From: Hormoscilla sp.
GTDB taxonomy: Bacteria; Cyanobacteriota; Cyanobacteriia; Cyanobacteriales; Desertifilaceae
Direction of reading: 5' to 3'
DNA length: 64,000 bases
Assembly: GCA_051439505.1 (NCBI GenBank)
Contig: JBFRWI010000070.1
Coordinates: 1 to 64,000, forward strand
The notes below the pieces were generated by a model. The model was not told the origin of the DNA and did no database searches. It was given only the letters and a program-made list of their open reading frames with translations. The translations under genes and the position numbers were made by a program. Shown one piece after another: positions 61,576 to 64,000 of the stretch (its first letter is position 1; each line of letters opens with the position of its first letter).

Positions 61576-63612
61576 TTATAACCACTCATCATCATCATCC
61601 CAGTCTTCATTATCGTTATAATTACTATACCTACTGCTATTGCTGCTATTGCTATAGCGACTAGATCTGACAGAATCAGATGGTCGGCGATAAGTTTTCG
61701 ATGTTGTATAGCTATCCCCACGCCGATCGCGATCGCCATCTACGGAGAAAGTGCGACGAATAGAACCAAACAAATCATCATCCTCTTCCTCACTCAAGCG
61801 CAGACGGACTTCCCGGTTCAGGTCATAGAGGACATCCTGCAAATCAGCGCCCAGCTGGTCTATGCCCCGATCGTCATCTCTTTTGAGGCTATCGCGTAAC
61901 TCCTCAATTAAGGGATCAATTTCGCGACGATATTGATTAGCAAACTGCATGCCAAAATCCAGAGTCGCTTCTCGCAGTTGCCGTTCTGCCCTAATGATCA
62001 AAGCCTCAGCCCGATTGCGTTTTTCCACCCGTTCCCGTCGTTCCCGGTCAACTTGAGCATATTTTTCCGCCTCGCGGATCATCCGATTAACTTCATCTGA
62101 AGATAGAGTCGAAGCCCCTTGAATAGTAATACTTTGCTCCCGACCCGTAGTTCTATCCAAAGCCGTTACCTGCAATATGCCATTAGCATCGATATCAAAG
62201 GACACTTGAATCTGAGGCACGCCTCTCGGGGCCGGGGGGATCCCAGTTAATTTGAACCGTCCCAGAGACTTATTATTCCCTGCCATCTCCCGTTCCCCTT
62301 GCAGGGCATGGACTTCCACCAAAGTTTGATTATCCTGTGCCGTCGAGAAAATATCCGAACGCCGCACGGGTATAGTAGTGTTACGAGGAATCAGCTTCTT
62401 CATCACCCCATTAGCCGTTTCCAGTCCCAAAGATAGAGGCGTCACGTCCAACAGCAGCACATCTTTCACCATCCCCGAGAGGATGCTAGCTTGAATTGCC
62501 GCACCAACAGCCACCACTTCATCGGGATTGACATTTTGATTGGGTTCTTTATCGATGAAGCTACGCACTAGCTGCTGCACTAAAGGAATTCGCGTCGAAC
62601 CGCCCACCAGAACCACTTCATCTATTTGCACCGGACTCAAACCAGCATCCTGTAAAGCTTGCTTAATCGGCCTTCTCAGGCGACTCACCAGGTCACCGCA
62701 TAAATCTTCAAACTGAGAACGAGTCAGCCTGGTTTCTAAATGCTTAGGGCCGTCAGCCGTAGCAGTGATGAAGGGGAGATTGATGTCCGTAACGCTGACT
62801 CCAGATAGTTCAATCTTAGCCTTTTCCGCAGCTTCCAGCAAGCGTTGCAAAGCTTGGCGATCGTGACTTCTCAAGTCTATCCCTTCCGCTTCCAGAAACT
62901 GCTCGGCCAGCCAGTCCACAATTCTTTTATCAAAATCATTGCCTCCCAATTGGGTGTCGCCGCTAGTAGCCTTCACCTCAAACACCCCATCTCCGACATC
63001 CAAGATCGAGACATCAAAGGTACCCCCACCCAAATCGAACACCAGAATAGTCTGATAATCCCGGCGTTCCAATCCATAGGCCAAAGATGCCGCCGTCGGT
63101 TCATTCAGAATCCGCTTCACCTCTAAACCAGCAATCTTACCAGCATCTCGCGTCGCCTGTCGCTGAGAGTCATTAAAGTAAGCAGGGACAGTGATTACCG
63201 CACCAGTCACCGGTTCTCCCAGATAACGACTGGCATCATCTGCCAACTTCCGCAGAATCATAGCCGAGATTTCTTCGGGGGCAAAGTCCTTCTGGAGGCG
63301 GGGACATTTAATCTTAATATTGCTCACCTCATCCCGACGGATAGTGTAGGGGACACGCTTGGACTCGGGACTGAGTTCGTCATACCTACGACCGATAAAT
63401 CGCTTCACAGCGTAGAAAGTATTTTGAGGATTGAGTACCGTCTGCCGCCGTGCCATTTGTCCGACGACTAACTCTCCATCCTTGCTAAAGCCAACCACTG
63501 AGGGGGTAGTCCGCATCCCTTCTGCATTAGCAATTACCAATGGTTTGCCAGCTTCCATCACAGCTACCACTGAGTTAGTTGTCCCCAAGTCAATGCCGAC
63601 TACTTTGCCCAT
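61576..63612 (-). CDS. dnaK: Hsp70 chaperone DnaK (dnaK3-like paralogue upstream of a dnaJ gene)
   Basis: [31 protein letters not shown]; acidic DWDDDDEWL tail. Confidence 0.96.
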   Translation of the reverse strand: MGKVVGIDLGTTNSVVAVMEAGKPLVIANAEGMRTTPSVVGFSKDGELVVGQMARRQTVLNPQNTFYAVKRFIGRRYDELSPESKRVPYTIRRDEVSNIKIKCPRLQKDFAPEEISAMILRKLADDASRYLGEPVTGAVITVPAYFNDSQRQATRDAGKIAGLEVKRILNEPTAASLAYGLERRDYQTILVFDLGGGTFDVSILDVGDGVFEVKATSGDTQLGGNDFDKRIVDWLAEQFLEAEGIDLRSHDRQALQRLLEAAEKAKIELSGVSVTDINLPFITATADGPKHLETRLTRSQFEDLCGDLVSRLRRPIKQALQDAGLSPVQIDEVVLVGGSTRIPLVQQLVRSFIDKEPNQNVNPDEVVAVGAAIQASILSGMVKDVLLLDVTPLSLGLETANGVMKKLIPRNTTIPVRRSDIFSTAQDNQTLVEVHALQGEREMAGNNKSLGRFKLTGIPPAPRGVPQIQVSFDIDANGILQVTALDRTTGREQSITIQGASTLSSDEVNRMIREAEKYAQVDRERRERVEKRNRAEALIIRAERQLREATLDFGMQFANQYRREIDPLIEELRDSLKRDDDRGIDQLGADLQDVLYDLNREVRLRLSEEEDDDLFGSIRRTFSVDGDRDRRGDSYTTSKTYRRPSDSVRSSRYSNSSNSSRYSNYNDNEDWDDDDEWL

Positions 63613-63847
63613 GCGTTACTTTTCTCCTTACCAATTGTCAATTGTCAGTTGTTCCTTGCTCGGACGAGGCGGTCAGCCCGTCCGTTGTCAGCCTCTTGCT
63701 GATGCCCATAAGCATTGCTGGAGTTATTCTATCTTGTTGCTGCCGATAATTGTAACGTACCCGTAGCGTTTGGCGGGCCAGTGGATGCTGGGACCATGTC
63801 CTCCAATGGTGCTGACAAGGGTGCATCTGGTGAAGGCAAAAGCATTA

Positions 63848-63967
63848 CTGCGGCTCTATGGTTGCAGCCTGCCGCTCTCTAGTTGCAGCCTGCCGCTCTC
63901 TAGTTGCAGCCTGCCGCACTATGGTTGCAGCCTGCCGCACTATGGTTGCAGCCTGCGGCTCTATCGC
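63848..63967. repeat. 21-bp tandem array x5-6 (CTGCCGCWCTMTRGTTGCAGC)
   Basis: Contiguous imperfect units. Confidence 0.9.
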
Positions 63968-64000
63968 TGACAACCGCTAACCACTGACCGCTGCTCACCG

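Noticed and set aside
63770..63970. 66-aa ORF with CSLP repeats
   Set aside because: Open frame produced by the 21-bp array; no RBS or other support

Overview
Chromosomal window from a cyanobacterium, probably a filamentous Oscillatoriales-like genome (inferred from abundant HIP1 GCGATCGC, heptamer STRR repeats, PII with the cyanobacterial T-loop and cyanobacteriochrome GAFs). Core genes are tRNA-Gly, glnB, queF, ccs1/ccdA, proA, folB, mutT, rdgB, a PGM/PMM and dnaK-dnaJ. Signalling and accessory loci include: a PatA-CheW-MCP-CheY-MCP-CheA chemosensory cluster; a four-GAF cyanobacteriochrome kinase with a receiver and a diguanylate cyclase; a wHTH-NB-ARC-TPR (STAND) gene facing a periodic repeat block and an unannotated 51-aa ORF; an sxtI/J/K-like carbamoyltransferase unit with a divergent AT-rich SGNH hydrolase; a free-standing CDI-like toxin/immunity pair; and a two-partner secretion locus with a CHAT protease. 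Intergenic DNA is crowded with REP-like palindromes, 21/22/57/80-bp tandem arrays, a MITE family (GGGTGTGGT ends, 9-bp target duplications, different cargo), degenerate local duplications and decayed toxin-antitoxin/defence remnants. No CRISPR array, rRNA, integrase or intact transposase was seen. Family assignments come from motif recognition by eye, not database searches.
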